Below are positions 48,845 to 59,690 of a DNA stretch of 64,000 bases, piece by piece. Positions within the stretch are counted from its first letter, which is position 1, and every line of letters starts with the position of its first letter. Origin of the DNA: a virus. The notes beneath the pieces are model-generated. The model was not told the origin of the DNA. It was given only the letters and a program-made list of their open reading frames with translations, and ran no database searches. A program made the translations under genes and the position numbers. The stretch lies in the IMG/VR virus record IMGVR_UViG_3300046092_000205, positions 1 through 64,000 of that record; one strand, given 5' to 3'.

Positions 48845-51800
48845 TTTCCTCTAAGAGTTCCCCCTAATCTTTTTTCTTCCTGAAGAATTTGAACGACAGC
48901 CTCTTTAATGCGGCGATTCATATTTTTCTGGTCCTCACTTTGTTTACCATCTTCAGAAGCTGTTGTTTGGCCATTTTTATCCATTGCCACATTAACAGTG
49001 ACATTATTTTGCGCGGATAATTTCTGAACTAATTCGTCGAGTTTGGATATAAGTTTTTCATTTAGCTCTTCTGATTTTTCATCAGATACGCCAGTGGATT
49101 GACCAGAGTTAATAGCGTTGAGCTTGGAAACTCCAAGATTTTTCATCGCTTTTGGATTTAAAACTCCCTCGCCTCCATTTAGTAAAGCTGGTACATTGTC
49201 TCCATAACCATCACCATTAACAACGCCGCCAGATGCGCGACGAGCAGAGCTTACAACGTTTCTTGATGAAAGAGATGATCCAGAAGACAATCCAGGAGGA
49301 CGATCACTAATGTTCCTACCTCCAGTCATATTAGTAGAACCAAGCTCAGAAGGAGTTCCTGCATTAAAATAGGAACCAACGGCAGCGCCAGCGACTGTGA
49401 CTGCGGCAGAAATAAGTAGTTGTTTTTGCCTTTCTTTTCTAGCTTTTTTAAGAGCTTCCATTTGCTCTTTATATTGCTTACGCAAATCTTTATCTTGGAA
49501 AAATAAACCAAGAGCTTGGTCTTTAGCTTCTTGAGTCGCAGACTGAAGAGGATTTCCGCTTTGGCGTGCAAAATTAGTTAAACGCACACTTTCTGGCTCA
49601 AGCTCTACTAAACCAGCACCGCTTCCTAAAGAAAACATTTTATCTGTCGCTCCAGAAGTAGCATTTTGACTTGCGTAAGCCAAAAGATTTTGCGAGCCAC
49701 GAATAGCTTTGCCAGAAATGCCTGGGTCAACTAGTCCACCCTTAGCCATTTTCTGAAGACGACCTTCATTCAATGCCTCGAACAATTGAGGGCCATATTT
49801 TTTGACGCTCTGTTTATTAATCATGAATTCACCACCCATACCCATGATAGGTACATCATCTTTAGTTCCAGAGCCTCCAGTAACAGGTCCACCAGAAGCC
49901 ATGCCAGAACCTCCAAAAAAACTTCCCACAGCTTTTAATCCACCAGAAACTAAGTTGCCTCCTCCGCCGCCTCCATTACCAAATAAAGCGTTCGTAGCAA
50001 TCTTAGCAAGATTATCAAGAGCAGCATCACGAAGTTTATTGGCAAAGGAAAGCGCCACATCCAAGAGAGAATTTTTCAAATCTCCAGTTCCGTTAGCGGC
50101 AGCTTTCAAGGCTTCCGATAGCGCATCTTTAAATCCAAATGTTGCCGCTTCTCCAAAGTCAGAATTAAATGTGCTAATTTCATCTCTCATCTGTGCCGTA
50201 GCATTGCCAACACCAGAACGTAATGAGCGCTGCTCTTTCAGTCTCTTATTCTGAGCTTCAATTAATGCGGCGATTTGCTCATCAACATTTCCACCGCGTT
50301 CTTTAATGGAAATTATATCCTCTAGAGCTTTTTTCTCTTGAGTTAATTGAATTTTTTGAACACTTGTGGTCGCCGAAGCAATTTCAAATTCTTTTTGGCG
50401 CAAAGCTGTTCTTTCGGCCAAAAACTTCTCTCCTTCAAGACCAGTTTTACCAGATGATTGAAGATCACCAAATGCTTGTTGAGAAGCGAGTGCGGAACCA
50501 AGAGAAGAAGTATCAGTGGACCTGAGGGCATTAAGAATATTAGAAGATTCAACTTCGCCAAGATTTTGGCTGAATTGATAAGCTGCATTTGCCAAGAGAG
50601 TCATGGCTGATGCGGATTGGCCTATATAATTCTTTTGAGTTTCTAACGCAGTAATTTGATCGTTAATAGATCTATTGGCCCTTTCATACTCATCTTCAAT
50701 AAGTTTTAAACCAATAACTTGCTCTTCGAGTGTTTGATCTTTATCTTTAAATAAATTTTTCTTAGCTTCCTCTCTTCGTATTTTTGCGGTATCAACACCC
50801 TCTCTTAGATTTTTAATTTGCAAATCTGTTGTCGAGCGTTGAATGTTCGCTTGCTGACTGGCTGGAAGATTTGGATTTGAACTTTGGGCGTTCAAAAGCG
50901 CAATTTGCGATTCCGTCAAAGACTTGCGAGATTCAATGTCGGAAAGCTTGGAGTTATTCTTGAGAGTTGCTAAAGATTGCTGTGCGCGAATTTGCTCAGT
51001 AATTTTAGCTTCAGCCTTTAACTGCTCATTAGTAATACCTAATTGACCTCTTTTTGCCGCGCTAATGTCATCAATTCCACTAAGCTGAGCTAGGATTTCA
51101 GCTTTGGTTGTTTCGAGCACTTGATCGCCGCCCAAAGTATCTATTAGAGCTACAATTTGCCTTTTTGTCTCCTCGACCCCAAGACCCAATCCTTTAATCT
51201 GCTCAACACCAGACTTCAACTCTTCCACCTTGATAGTGTAGCCACCTTCACCAGCAAGTTTATCAAGGTTTTTTGTGGCAATATCAAAAATATCGCCACG
51301 CAAGGATCTTTCCAGCTTTAAAACCTCAAGTCTGGCTTGTAAATCAGCCCGTTCAACGTTTGAAATTTGAGAAGTTTTGATTTGCGTCTCTAAAATTCTT
51401 TCTGCATCCGTGGCGAAATCTAGTTGTAATTTTTTTAATTGAATAGCGGATGCAACTTGAGCTTGAGCAGTTTCAGGATTAGAGAATAACTCTGGATCAC
51501 GAGCTTGTTGCTCCGCCCGTAATGATGGTTTTCCCTGAAAATATCCCGTTAAGCGAGTTGTCGCGGATTCTTTGCCGCCCGAAGATAAATTAAAAATATC
51601 TGGGCTGCGAATATACTCAAACGCTGAAGTAATAATTTTTTCACGCAACTGCTCAAGACCATCTTTTGCAGATACTTCGATTTTTTTATCTTTTGCAAAA
51701 GTTTTTAATTCTTCCTCGGATAAAGACCCTATTCTCGCAAACAAATCCGCCAAGACAGTTTGAACATCTTTTGGAAGGTCTGATACCAATTCTTTCCTAA

Positions 51801-54800
51801 ATACACCCGTTGCAAAACTCTTATTTACGGCATACCCGCCTACGTCCGATATTCTATTTTCTACAACTTCTACTCTGTTACCAGTCTTTTGTTTACCAAG
51901 AATTTCTCCAATTTGTTTTCTGAATAATTCAGACTGAACTTCTTCTGGTTTTTTACCTTCAGTATCAACACCTTGAAGCTTAGCTCGAATAGAGGCTTGC
52001 TGATTAGTTTGCTGGAGTTTTAAATCCCTAAAGACATCTTCTCTTGTTTTCCCTACGAATTGACCATTCTCAAATAAAGACTTACTAAAGGTTTCTAGTG
52101 ATTCTTTCGCCCTTTCGCCCTCTGCGGATAAACCAGTAACAAATTCTCTAATTGATGCATACGCATTAATACCGAAATATTTTAATACTGAATTAACAGC
52201 GAATAAACCAATTGCTACCTGCCCAATAACAGGAAGAAGTCTTACGAATCCAGCACTAAATTTAGTTAGACCCCCAGCAACTGATCCGAGGATAGATCCA
52301 ACCTTTGCAGCCCTAGAATTTCCAGCCAATAAACCAACGGCACTGGAACCAAGTCCTTGGCGTCTTGCAGAAAACGCTCTACCAAAATTACCGCCAACAC
52401 CCCCAAGTAATCTAGATCCACTACCAGCATTTAAGCCACCAAGCTCGCTAAGTTTTTTAATGCCGACAAAAGCAATAGCTAAATCCCTAATAGTATCAAT
52501 AGTAGTATCTATCTCAAACCCTAAAACTGAAAACGCCTCTTTGAGAACGCTTGCTCCAAGAAAAATAGTGCCAGTTTGAGCGCCAAATTCAGTAGCAGCT
52601 TCGCTGAAAGATTTACTAATTTCTTCGGTAGAATCAGCCAAGTCTGTTTGCTCTGACGCTAGTCTTTCAGACGCCCCAAATGAAGCCATGGAACCACCAG
52701 ATGTTCTATTCCTAACCTCAAAATTATTCACTGCATTTGCGGCAGCAGAAAATCCGCGAGGTTGATTTTCAATAGCGGCGAGTCTTCTTTCTAGTCCAAT
52801 TTGAGTCGCTCTAGTTAGTGGATCGCTTGATTTAGCTTGGCCACGAACAGGTTGATAAGAACCGAGAGGATTAAAAGCGCCAAAAGACTTTTTGTATTCT
52901 GGATTCTCTTCCACACCCTTATCCGTATTGATAAATGGCTCTATTAATTTACCGTCAACCATTCCCCCAAATCCACCTAATCTAGTAATACTTCTGCTCA
53001 AAGCAAGAGGATTGCCTCCTCCAATTTGTGTTCTAGCTTTAGATTGGCTAGTGTTGCTATAACCTATGTTATTCAACATAGCAGCTTTTGAAAGAGGATC
53101 GCTTAAATTAGCTGCATCAGTTTTTATTTTACTAACTCTAGCAGATTCAGCAGCTCTTAACTTTCGCTTTTGAGCGTTTTCTTTAATCTGTAAATCATAA
53201 GCGTCTTTGACCGAAGTCTCATATGTTTTTAATTCTTTAGAGAATCTAATCGCCGTTGTTCCAATCTCCCGCAAAGATTTACCCGTCAAATTAAAACCAG
53301 CCTCTCTTACGGCTTTATTAATTGCATTGGTAAACTTTAATCCAGCCACATTTTGATTTGATAAAGTACGAGCAGTTTGCTCAACTACTTTTTCAAGTTT
53401 TCCAACCGAAAGGAATTTACCTGATTTGCTCGCTACCGTTGAGCCAGAAAGGGATAAAGATGGAACTTCGCCTTCTGCCGCCCTTTTCCCATAGCCCATC
53501 TTATCCAACATATCCCGATTAAGAACTGCCGCCCCACTACCCATTGGAGCAATAGCTTCAGAAGTATTGGCTACCATCGGACCTTTTTTGCCGCCACCAA
53601 ATGGAAAATCTTTAATTAAAACAACGCCAGCGTTTCTATTTGCCCCGCCGACACCTTTTTTAATATCAGCATACTCAGCTTGAATTAAGTCAGGAACATA
53701 ACCTTTTGCCGCGCCAAATCCCTTTCTGCCTCTTGGGGTTGGCTGACCACTCGCGCCAATACCAAACGAAGGGGCAATAGCTCCAGCAATAGCTTTTGAT
53801 GTGGCTATTCGCCGAGCATCTTGGTCTGCGGCGTCTTTATAAGCTTTTGCAAGTAATTGAGCTTGAGCAACTTGGTTACCACCAAGACTGAGCAACTGCG
53901 CTTCAATATCCTCTCTAGTTCTAAGGGTATTTAAAATAGAAACTTGAATAGCCTCTTGATTTTTGGAGGCAGCATTAATTCCAAGAACATTAGTGAAACT
54001 ATCTTTTGCGAAGACGGCAAACTTCTTTAGAATCAAACCAATAGATAAAGCTCCAGCAGCACCAGCAACAAGAATACCGTCGCCAATAATATTAGCAAGC
54101 GCTTTTGTAAACGATGGCCCCTCTTTAGAAAGGCCGTCAATTAGAAACTTCCCAATTCCACCAAGAGCTTCAGTAATATTACTTAAAGCTGGAGCAATAG
54201 TCACATCTCCAAATAAAGATCCCAACTGAGTCCCAGTGGCAAGTAATCCTTTAATTTGAGAATCGAGAGTTTGATTCAGTTTTTCATTCGCAATAGCAGC
54301 TTCAATAGATGCGTTTGCTGAAGTAGAAACGACTTCATCATACCTTCTTGAAGCACCCTCTGCGCTTTTCAAAGCATTTGTTAAAGCGGATAACTGATTG
54401 ATTTGAAGCGTACCAGCTAATTGGCGTAAAGCGGTTCTTTTCGCCGTTTCATCCATACCGTTTAAACTATTGGCAAAATTGTCAATAATTTTAATGGCTG
54501 GCAAAAAATTTTCGTTAACATCAGTAACGGAAACTCCCAATTGACGAAGTTGAGCTATACTTTCTGGGCGACCAACGCGCTCGAAAATAGTTTTCAGGGA
54601 GTTACCAATAACTGAGCCACCGCGAGCAGTAGCCTCTTGAAGAACTGTAACCGTTGCTGTTAATTCATCAAATCCAACACCAGCCTCCTGAGCAAAAGAA
54701 CCAGACCTCTTGATAGCTTCAATCAAATCCGCACTTGAAACAGCGTATTTATTATCGACAGCAATTAATTTATTTAAAACATCCGTAGTTGAAAGACCTT

Positions 54801-55374
54801 CTTTTTTGAAAGTATTTACGGCGGCAGTTAAACCCTCAACTGAGGATTTGGCATCCAAACCAGAAAGGCGAGTAAGAACCAAGGCATCTTTAACGCGAGT
54901 AAGGGTTTCGGCAGCGCCTAAACCTTGACGAGCAAATTCGAGAGCAGCTTTGGAGGTTTCATCAAAAGACTGTCCCGTCTGACGAGCAACATCAAAAACT
55001 CCACGACCAAATTTTTCTAATTGGCCAGCAGTAGAGGTAAATTGGTCGCCAACAACAGCGATTTTCGCGAATGCAGCTTCAACTTCAATTGTTGATTTAA
55101 CAAGATTAACAAAACCTCTTTGAAGGGCTGAAATAACCGCAACAGAAGCGCCGAAAGCAAGAACGCGAGCATTTGCCGCTTCTAAACTTTTCGTAAATTC
55201 ATCCGCACTACCAGAAAGCCTACCAAGTCCTTTATTTATTCCATCTAAACCTCTAGCATCAGTAGCTAGATTAACTTTGAGTGGGCGTCTAGATACGGTA
55301 TCTTGGAGCTTACGCATTGCTTGCGTAATTCCATCGAATTCTGGCTGAAATGAAATTTTTGGGTCGTTGGCCAT
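48841..55374 (-). CDS. Tape measure protein (2177 aa)
   Basis: TP901-like core (EFARQG, VDNKYAVS, GSVIGNSLKTIFER), helical body, GGxVxG..DxVP motifs. Confidence 0.9.
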   Translation of the reverse strand: MANDPKISFQPEFDGITQAMRKLQDTVSRRPLKVNLATDARGLDGINKGLGRLSGSADEFTKSLEAANARVLAFGASVAVISALQRGFVNLVKSTIEVEAAFAKIAVVGDQFTSTAGQLEKFGRGVFDVARQTGQSFDETSKAALEFARQGLGAAETLTRVKDALVLTRLSGLDAKSSVEGLTAAVNTFKKEGLSTTDVLNKLIAVDNKYAVSSADLIEAIKRSGSFAQEAGVGFDELTATVTVLQEATARGGSVIGNSLKTIFERVGRPESIAQLRQLGVSVTDVNENFLPAIKIIDNFANSLNGMDETAKRTALRQLAGTLQINQLSALTNALKSAEGASRRYDEVVSTSANASIEAAIANEKLNQTLDSQIKGLLATGTQLGSLFGDVTIAPALSNITEALGGIGKFLIDGLSKEGPSFTKALANIIGDGILVAGAAGALSIGLILKKFAVFAKDSFTNVLGINAASKNQEAIQVSILNTLRTREDIEAQLLSLGGNQVAQAQLLAKAYKDAADQDARRIATSKAIAGAIAPSFGIGASGQPTPRGRKGFGAAKGYVPDLIQAEYADIKKGVGGANRNAGVVLIKDFPFGGGKKGPMVANTSEAIAPMGSGAAVLNRDMLDKMGYGKRAAEGEVPSLSLSGSTVASKSGKFLSVGKLEKVVEQTARTLSNQNVAGLKFTNAINKAVREAGFNLTGKSLREIGTTAIRFSKELKTYETSVKDAYDLQIKENAQKRKLRAAESARVSKIKTDAANLSDPLSKAAMLNNIGYSNTSQSKARTQIGGGNPLALSRSITRLGGFGGMVDGKLIEPFINTDKGVEENPEYKKSFGAFNPLGSYQPVRGQAKSSDPLTRATQIGLERRLAAIENQPRGFSAAANAVNNFEVRNRTSGGSMASFGASERLASEQTDLADSTEEISKSFSEAATEFGAQTGTIFLGASVLKEAFSVLGFEIDTTIDTIRDLAIAFVGIKKLSELGGLNAGSGSRLLGGVGGNFGRAFSARRQGLGSSAVGLLAGNSRAAKVGSILGSVAGGLTKFSAGFVRLLPVIGQVAIGLFAVNSVLKYFGINAYASIREFVTGLSAEGERAKESLETFSKSLFENGQFVGKTREDVFRDLKLQQTNQQASIRAKLQGVDTEGKKPEEVQSELFRKQIGEILGKQKTGNRVEVVENRISDVGGYAVNKSFATGVFRKELVSDLPKDVQTVLADLFARIGSLSEEELKTFAKDKKIEVSAKDGLEQLREKIITSAFEYIRSPDIFNLSSGGKESATTRLTGYFQGKPSLRAEQQARDPELFSNPETAQAQVASAIQLKKLQLDFATDAERILETQIKTSQISNVERADLQARLEVLKLERSLRGDIFDIATKNLDKLAGEGGYTIKVEELKSGVEQIKGLGLGVEETKRQIVALIDTLGGDQVLETTKAEILAQLSGIDDISAAKRGQLGITNEQLKAEAKITEQIRAQQSLATLKNNSKLSDIESRKSLTESQIALLNAQSSNPNLPASQQANIQRSTTDLQIKNLREGVDTAKIRREEAKKNLFKDKDQTLEEQVIGLKLIEDEYERANRSINDQITALETQKNYIGQSASAMTLLANAAYQFSQNLGEVESSNILNALRSTDTSSLGSALASQQAFGDLQSSGKTGLEGEKFLAERTALRQKEFEIASATTSVQKIQLTQEKKALEDIISIKERGGNVDEQIAALIEAQNKRLKEQRSLRSGVGNATAQMRDEISTFNSDFGEAATFGFKDALSEALKAAANGTGDLKNSLLDVALSFANKLRDAALDNLAKIATNALFGNGGGGGGNLVSGGLKAVGSFFGGSGMASGGPVTGGSGTKDDVPIMGMGGEFMINKQSVKKYGPQLFEALNEGRLQKMAKGGLVDPGISGKAIRGSQNLLAYASQNATSGATDKMFSLGSGAGLVELEPESVRLTNFARQSGNPLQSATQEAKDQALGLFFQDKDLRKQYKEQMEALKKARKERQKQLLISAAVTVAGAAVGSYFNAGTPSELGSTNMTGGRNISDRPPGLSSGSSLSSRNVVSSARRASGGVVNGDGYGDNVPALLNGGEGVLNPKAMKNLGVSKLNAINSGQSTGVSDEKSEELNEKLISKLDELVQKLSAQNNVTVNVAMDKNGQTTASEDGKQSEDQKNMNRRIKEAVVQILQEEKRLGGTLRGK

Positions 55375-55402
55375 CCTTAGTCCTTGTTCTAAGGATTTAC
55401 AC
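55373..55402 (-). promoter_or_regulatory. GTGTAA motif plus 8-bp hairpin overlapping the TMP start codon
   Basis: Minus strand GTGTAA-ATCCTTAG-aacaagga-CTAAGGAT-G. Confidence 0.55.
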
Positions 55403-55481
55403 GCTGGTCAGTTTTGTTCTCATAGGATTTTGACGTAGGGACATATTGTTTATGATAACTATTTAGTGTAAATAGGTATAA

Positions 55482-56573
55482 ATGGACATTGGAATATACA
55501 GAATTACTTGCACGGGAAATAATAAATGCTATATTGGACAATCTATATACCTCCATCGTAGAGAAAATGAGCATTTAAACGATTTAAAAAGAGGAAAACA
55601 TCACAACCGTTTTCTACAAAATTCATACAAGAAATATGGATCAGACTCTATAAAATTTGAAATAATCGAACTATGCGAAAAAAGCCAGCTAAATAAAAGA
55701 GAGGTTTACTGGATTGAATACCACAACTCTTTTCGCGATGGATTTAATTCCACGCTCGGCGGAAAACTAAATTATATCGAGCCTAAAAAGTTTGATTTTG
55801 TAAATTTGAAACGCGGAATTGAAGTTTATTGCAGCATACCAGAATTAGTGGCAATGTATCCAGACGACAATCTGGATAAAAGTTATTTATATAAAACAAT
55901 TAACGGAAAGACCTTTTCTTATAGAGGGTGGAGTTACAAACACTCAATTTTTAAATCTCAAAAAGGGGTCAAGCATAGAATCCCAATCTCTATGACAAAT
56001 ATAGCCTCTGGAGAAACGCTGTCATTTATTAGTATGACGGAAGCCGCTAAATATATTGGAACTGAGGTAAGTTCGATAATTTTAATTAAAAAAGGGAGGG
56101 GAACTCATGTGAAAGGTTGGACAATCGAAGGAGTCAAAAACAAAAAACAATGGAAAACTATTGAAATTAAACTTGAAAATATAAAGACTGGGGAAATTAA
56201 ATCCTTCGCTTCTCGCTCGGAAGCGGCTAAATATTTAAATGTTGATTCTGGGTTTATAACTCGGTTAGCTCAAAATAAAATTCAAACATGCAAAGGTTGG
56301 AAAATTCTTGGGACTACTTTGGAAAATAAGAGTAAAAAACATATATATGCGAAGAACCAAGGAAAAATTTATTTTTTTGAATCTGGTAACTCATTTGCTA
56401 AATACCTTAATGTGCATCGCGATACGCTCAAATTCTTCTTGACGGGAAAAAGAAATCACTATAAAACTTGGAGCAAACCTAGTGAAGACGAATTCCAAGT
56501 TTTGCCAATAATTGATCCTGCGAAAGATAACCATTCGAATTCTTCAATTCTTCCGCCAAATCTCCAACCTTAA
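55482..56573 (+). mobile_element. Free-standing GIY-YIG homing endonuclease with NUMOD1-like repeats
   Basis: GIYRIT...YIGQS, R..EH, REVYWI, GFN; repeated FxSxxEAAKYL; antisense to neighbours. Confidence 0.92.
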
Positions 56574-57468
56574 CACCGTCATCAGCCATATATTCAGCAT
56601 CCTCTCTCGTTCCTACGACAAAAGATGTTGAGCCTTCTCTGTCTGAATTCTTAGGTTTGGCCTTATCTTTATTTCTTGAGGATTCTGCGAAATCGAGTAA
56701 AGCTTTAGGATCTTTGCGAATACGATCAGGAATTTTATCAACATTTTGAAATATGTTAAGAAACATTCTTCCATAAACAAGAATCTTCTGCTGAAAAATA
56801 CTAGTTTTAATTAGTGGTAAACCAAAAAAATCCCATGGCTTTTCACAAAATGGCATATACATATTAAAAAAGTCACACAATACTGCTTTCTGAATATTCT
56901 CATCAGAAAAACGCACCATCATTTTTTGATAACCTTCATAAATGCCAGATAAGTCATCTAACTCAATAGCCCCAAATTCTTCGTCGGAAAATTTTAGATT
57001 CTTTAAACTTTCATCAAAATAAATTAAATGGCGCAAAAATTCTTCATTCGCTTTTCGCGCTGCAAAATCTTCAGCAGTTTGGCCAATTAATTCTCTTTTT
57101 TTAGAGCGTAAAATATTTAATTTACCCTCTTCTTCATCAATTAATTTTTGTGCTTCTTTTTGTTGCGAAGGTAAAACGCATTTTTTTTTACTTTGCAAAA
57201 GATTTTTAACGTAGATTTCGCTTTCTGAAATTTTTAAATCATCTTCGTCAGTCCAGTCGCCATCTTTTTTTAATTGCTCAAGACGATCATTTTCGGAGCA
57301 GATGCCTTTGGCGATAGTTTTTTCCGTGAAATATTCAACTAATTTTGATAGTCTATTTTGATCATTGATATTGATATGACGAAGAAAAACCGAGTCGCCT
57401 TGATAGGTCAACTCGGTATACCCTTGGAAAATCTCCGAAATAAGGGAGATGTAGTTACTATCAACCAT
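56479..57468 (-). CDS. Hypothetical, possible tail assembly chaperone
   Basis: Helical, upstream of TMP. Confidence 0.55.
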   Translation of the reverse strand: MVDSNYISLISEIFQGYTELTYQGDSVFLRHININDQNRLSKLVEYFTEKTIAKGICSENDRLEQLKKDGDWTDEDDLKISESEIYVKNLLQSKKKCVLPSQQKEAQKLIDEEEGKLNILRSKKRELIGQTAEDFAARKANEEFLRHLIYFDESLKNLKFSDEEFGAIELDDLSGIYEGYQKMMVRFSDENIQKAVLCDFFNMYMPFCEKPWDFFGLPLIKTSIFQQKILVYGRMFLNIFQNVDKIPDRIRKDPKALLDFAESSRNKDKAKPKNSDREGSTSFVVGTREDAEYMADDGVKVGDLAEELKNSNGYLSQDQLLAKLGIRLH

Positions 57469-58207
57469 TACCTTCGATAGACTTAATCATATCCGCCAAC
57501 TCTTCTGGCGTTGCATTGCGATTATACTGCCAAACAGCATAAACAATCCAAAGCTTTTGTCGCACTTGAGAATAAACCTCATCAGGATTTTCTTCTTTAG
57601 TATAGTAACTTTCGCGCCTTTCTTCCGTATCCGCGCCAGAATAAAGAGGAACAAGTTTTTCGCCGTCTTCAATCCATGAAAGATTCAGTGCATACCAGAG
57701 AAGTCTTTGAGAATCAGCCTTTGTTTCAGCGGTAAGCTCAAAAAGATTTTGGTAACGATTCTCAATCTTAAGAATAGTTTGAGTCAAATCAATAACTTGA
57801 GTAGATAGTTCGTCTACTTTCTTATTCTTTTTCTTGCCATTTTCGGCGAAGGCACTTAGTTTCGTATATTCATCACGAACTTCACCTAGCTCCTTGAGTA
57901 GTTTTGCATATTCCTTGGCGTCAGCATCGCTCATCAACCCGCCATTATCGCTATACTTGTTCGCAAGCATAGCCTTTGTAACGAGGCCACGCTTCAAAAA
58001 TTTTGAAAACTGAACAGCATACTCTTCTTCAGCCTCATCTTCTTGGCGGCGAGTTGGTCGCTTAATAACAACCTTAACTGGTTCATCGACAGTCTTTTTC
58101 AGCGTTTTAGTAATTTCGGCTCCAGATTCATCAATGGTTGTCTCTTTTTCAGACTTTTCCACTTTACGGTTTACGGAGAAGGTATAAAGAATTTTATCGT
58201 CAGGCAT
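57461..58207 (-). CDS. Hypothetical, possible tail assembly chaperone
   Basis: VVIKRPTRR, coiled coil, position. Confidence 0.55.
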   Translation of the reverse strand: MPDDKILYTFSVNRKVEKSEKETTIDESGAEITKTLKKTVDEPVKVVIKRPTRRQEDEAEEEYAVQFSKFLKRGLVTKAMLANKYSDNGGLMSDADAKEYAKLLKELGEVRDEYTKLSAFAENGKKKNKKVDELSTQVIDLTQTILKIENRYQNLFELTAETKADSQRLLWYALNLSWIEDGEKLVPLYSGADTEERRESYYTKEENPDEVYSQVRQKLWIVYAVWQYNRNATPEELADMIKSIEGNG

Positions 58208-58228
58208 GGTATTAATAATAGCAGAAAA

Positions 58229-58519
58229 TTATTGTTTAAACACAAAAGTTACATTATACCTATCAGTTTCAGAATCCATCGCTCGCGAGACATCGTTTCC
58301 AACATCAAGAATTTTCTTACGAATTCTTAAAAATCTGTCATCAGTTAAAGGATTTGCAGCGTAAAGCATTGGTAAATACTCACTTGGCAATTGATCTTGC
58401 AAAAGACGGTATCTCTCATCGTGATCTTCTTTAATGCTTTCAATCTCCGAAAGTAAAGTTTTAAAGAGACTTTTTACGTGGGCATGTTGCCGCTCCAATA
58501 GTTGTTCCTTGGCGTTCAT
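58229..58519 (-). CDS. Hypothetical protein
   Basis: 96-aa ORF with GTGTAA upstream. Confidence 0.6.
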   Translation of the reverse strand: MNAKEQLLERQHAHVKSLFKTLLSEIESIKEDHDERYRLLQDQLPSEYLPMLYAANPLTDDRFLRIRKKILDVGNDVSRAMDSETDRYNVTFVFKQ

Positions 58520-58542
58520 TTTTTCCTGTTCCTTAGCTATTG

Positions 58543-58559
58543 TTACACTTGCAGTGTAA
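58543..58559. promoter_or_regulatory. Back-to-back divergent GTGTAA motifs
   Basis: TTACAC-TTGCA-GTGTAA between divergent genes. Confidence 0.65.
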
Positions 58560-58567
58560 ATTCTACT

Positions 58568-59041
58568 ATGGCGACCAGTTATTTAACCACGTTACAAAAA
58601 CGAAATATTGCAGATGTGTTCGACAATATTGCGAAAACGTTTGAGAGAACAATTTATGGGTTTAAAGACGGCGAAAGAATTTCTTTGGCATCGAATCCGC
58701 AATTCAATGCTTTTTACAAGCAGCAAAGTTCAAATACCGAATTTTCTGAAGTCTCTATGGAGATTCAAGCACGCATTAGATATGTTAAATCTGATGAAGA
58801 ATTATTTACGCTTAAAGGTAATTCTAACGATTCAGAACAGCAAAATAAAATAGCCTTACCTGCTGGTTCAGTTAAAATAAAAGTAAATAGAGAAGGCTAC
58901 GAGTTTATCAGGGACGCACGCAGAATAGAACTTGATGGAAATAGATTTTCCATTGTTTCAAATGCTCGCCAAATTGCAATGTTCGGCCCAGACTATTCTC
59001 CATATTACGAATATATCCTCACTCCAACCGACGAGTCGTAA
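58568..59041 (+). CDS. Putative head-closure/neck protein
   Basis: IQARIRY, RIELDGNRFSI beta pattern; position. Confidence 0.5.
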   Translation: MATSYLTTLQKRNIADVFDNIAKTFERTIYGFKDGERISLASNPQFNAFYKQQSSNTEFSEVSMEIQARIRYVKSDEELFTLKGNSNDSEQQNKIALPAGSVKIKVNREGYEFIRDARRIELDGNRFSIVSNARQIAMFGPDYSPYYEYILTPTDES

Positions 59042-59673
59042 TGGCTAAATTTTCTATTGGAAATCTAAAAGAGCAACTTAAAAAGCAACTTAAAAATACT
59101 CAAGTTGTTAAAAAAATTATTACATATTTAAATCCGCCCACTCAAAAAGTTTTTTCTCGATTAAAATCTGAAATGATTAGCGAGTTTCGCCAATTGAAAG
59201 TTGTAGAAGCTATCGAATATGGGCCTGGGTTTGGAGACAATGACTTTGCTGGAATTTTGGGCGGGTCAGGCGATTTGTTTTCTTTCTTGGGTTTTAAGCG
59301 CCGTCAAAAACCCATTAATGCCTTAATAGCATTATTTAAAAAAATGAAAATTCGACGCACAGTTTATTTGACATGGGTGGTAGATGATTTTCCCACGATA
59401 GATAGTATTGAAGAAGTTACGAAAGACCAATTAGAATGGGCTAGCGGATATTCTTGGGCCACTGGATTAGAGGATGGAATTCCAGGTCTGGGCAGATATG
59501 TAAATGCACCTTTCGCTTCTATGGATGTGGGCGAATCAAGATCGCATTATGGCTTGCAGAAGAAAAATGGGTCAAATGCATCAACCCAACCGATAAAATG
59601 GATAACCCCTTTTATAAGAGATTGGTTTGTTAAATTTGAAGCCGCAGGGTTTAAAATAGCCAAAGAAGTGTAG
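59041..59673 (+). CDS. Putative neck/tail-completion protein
   Basis: Basic protein in neck block. Confidence 0.45.
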   Translation: MAKFSIGNLKEQLKKQLKNTQVVKKIITYLNPPTQKVFSRLKSEMISEFRQLKVVEAIEYGPGFGDNDFAGILGGSGDLFSFLGFKRRQKPINALIALFKKMKIRRTVYLTWVVDDFPTIDSIEEVTKDQLEWASGYSWATGLEDGIPGLGRYVNAPFASMDVGESRSHYGLQKKNGSNASTQPIKWITPFIRDWFVKFEAAGFKIAKEV

Positions 59674-59690
59674 GGGTGTAAATCTTTAAT

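Noticed and set aside
39385-54928. Antisense ORFs of 60-150 aa inside LRR, fibre and TMP genes
   Set aside because: Shadow frames from codon bias and repeats, without motifs
56479-58207. G/GT-type programmed frameshift between chaperone-like genes
   Set aside because: No slippery heptamer at the junction; second gene has its own ATG
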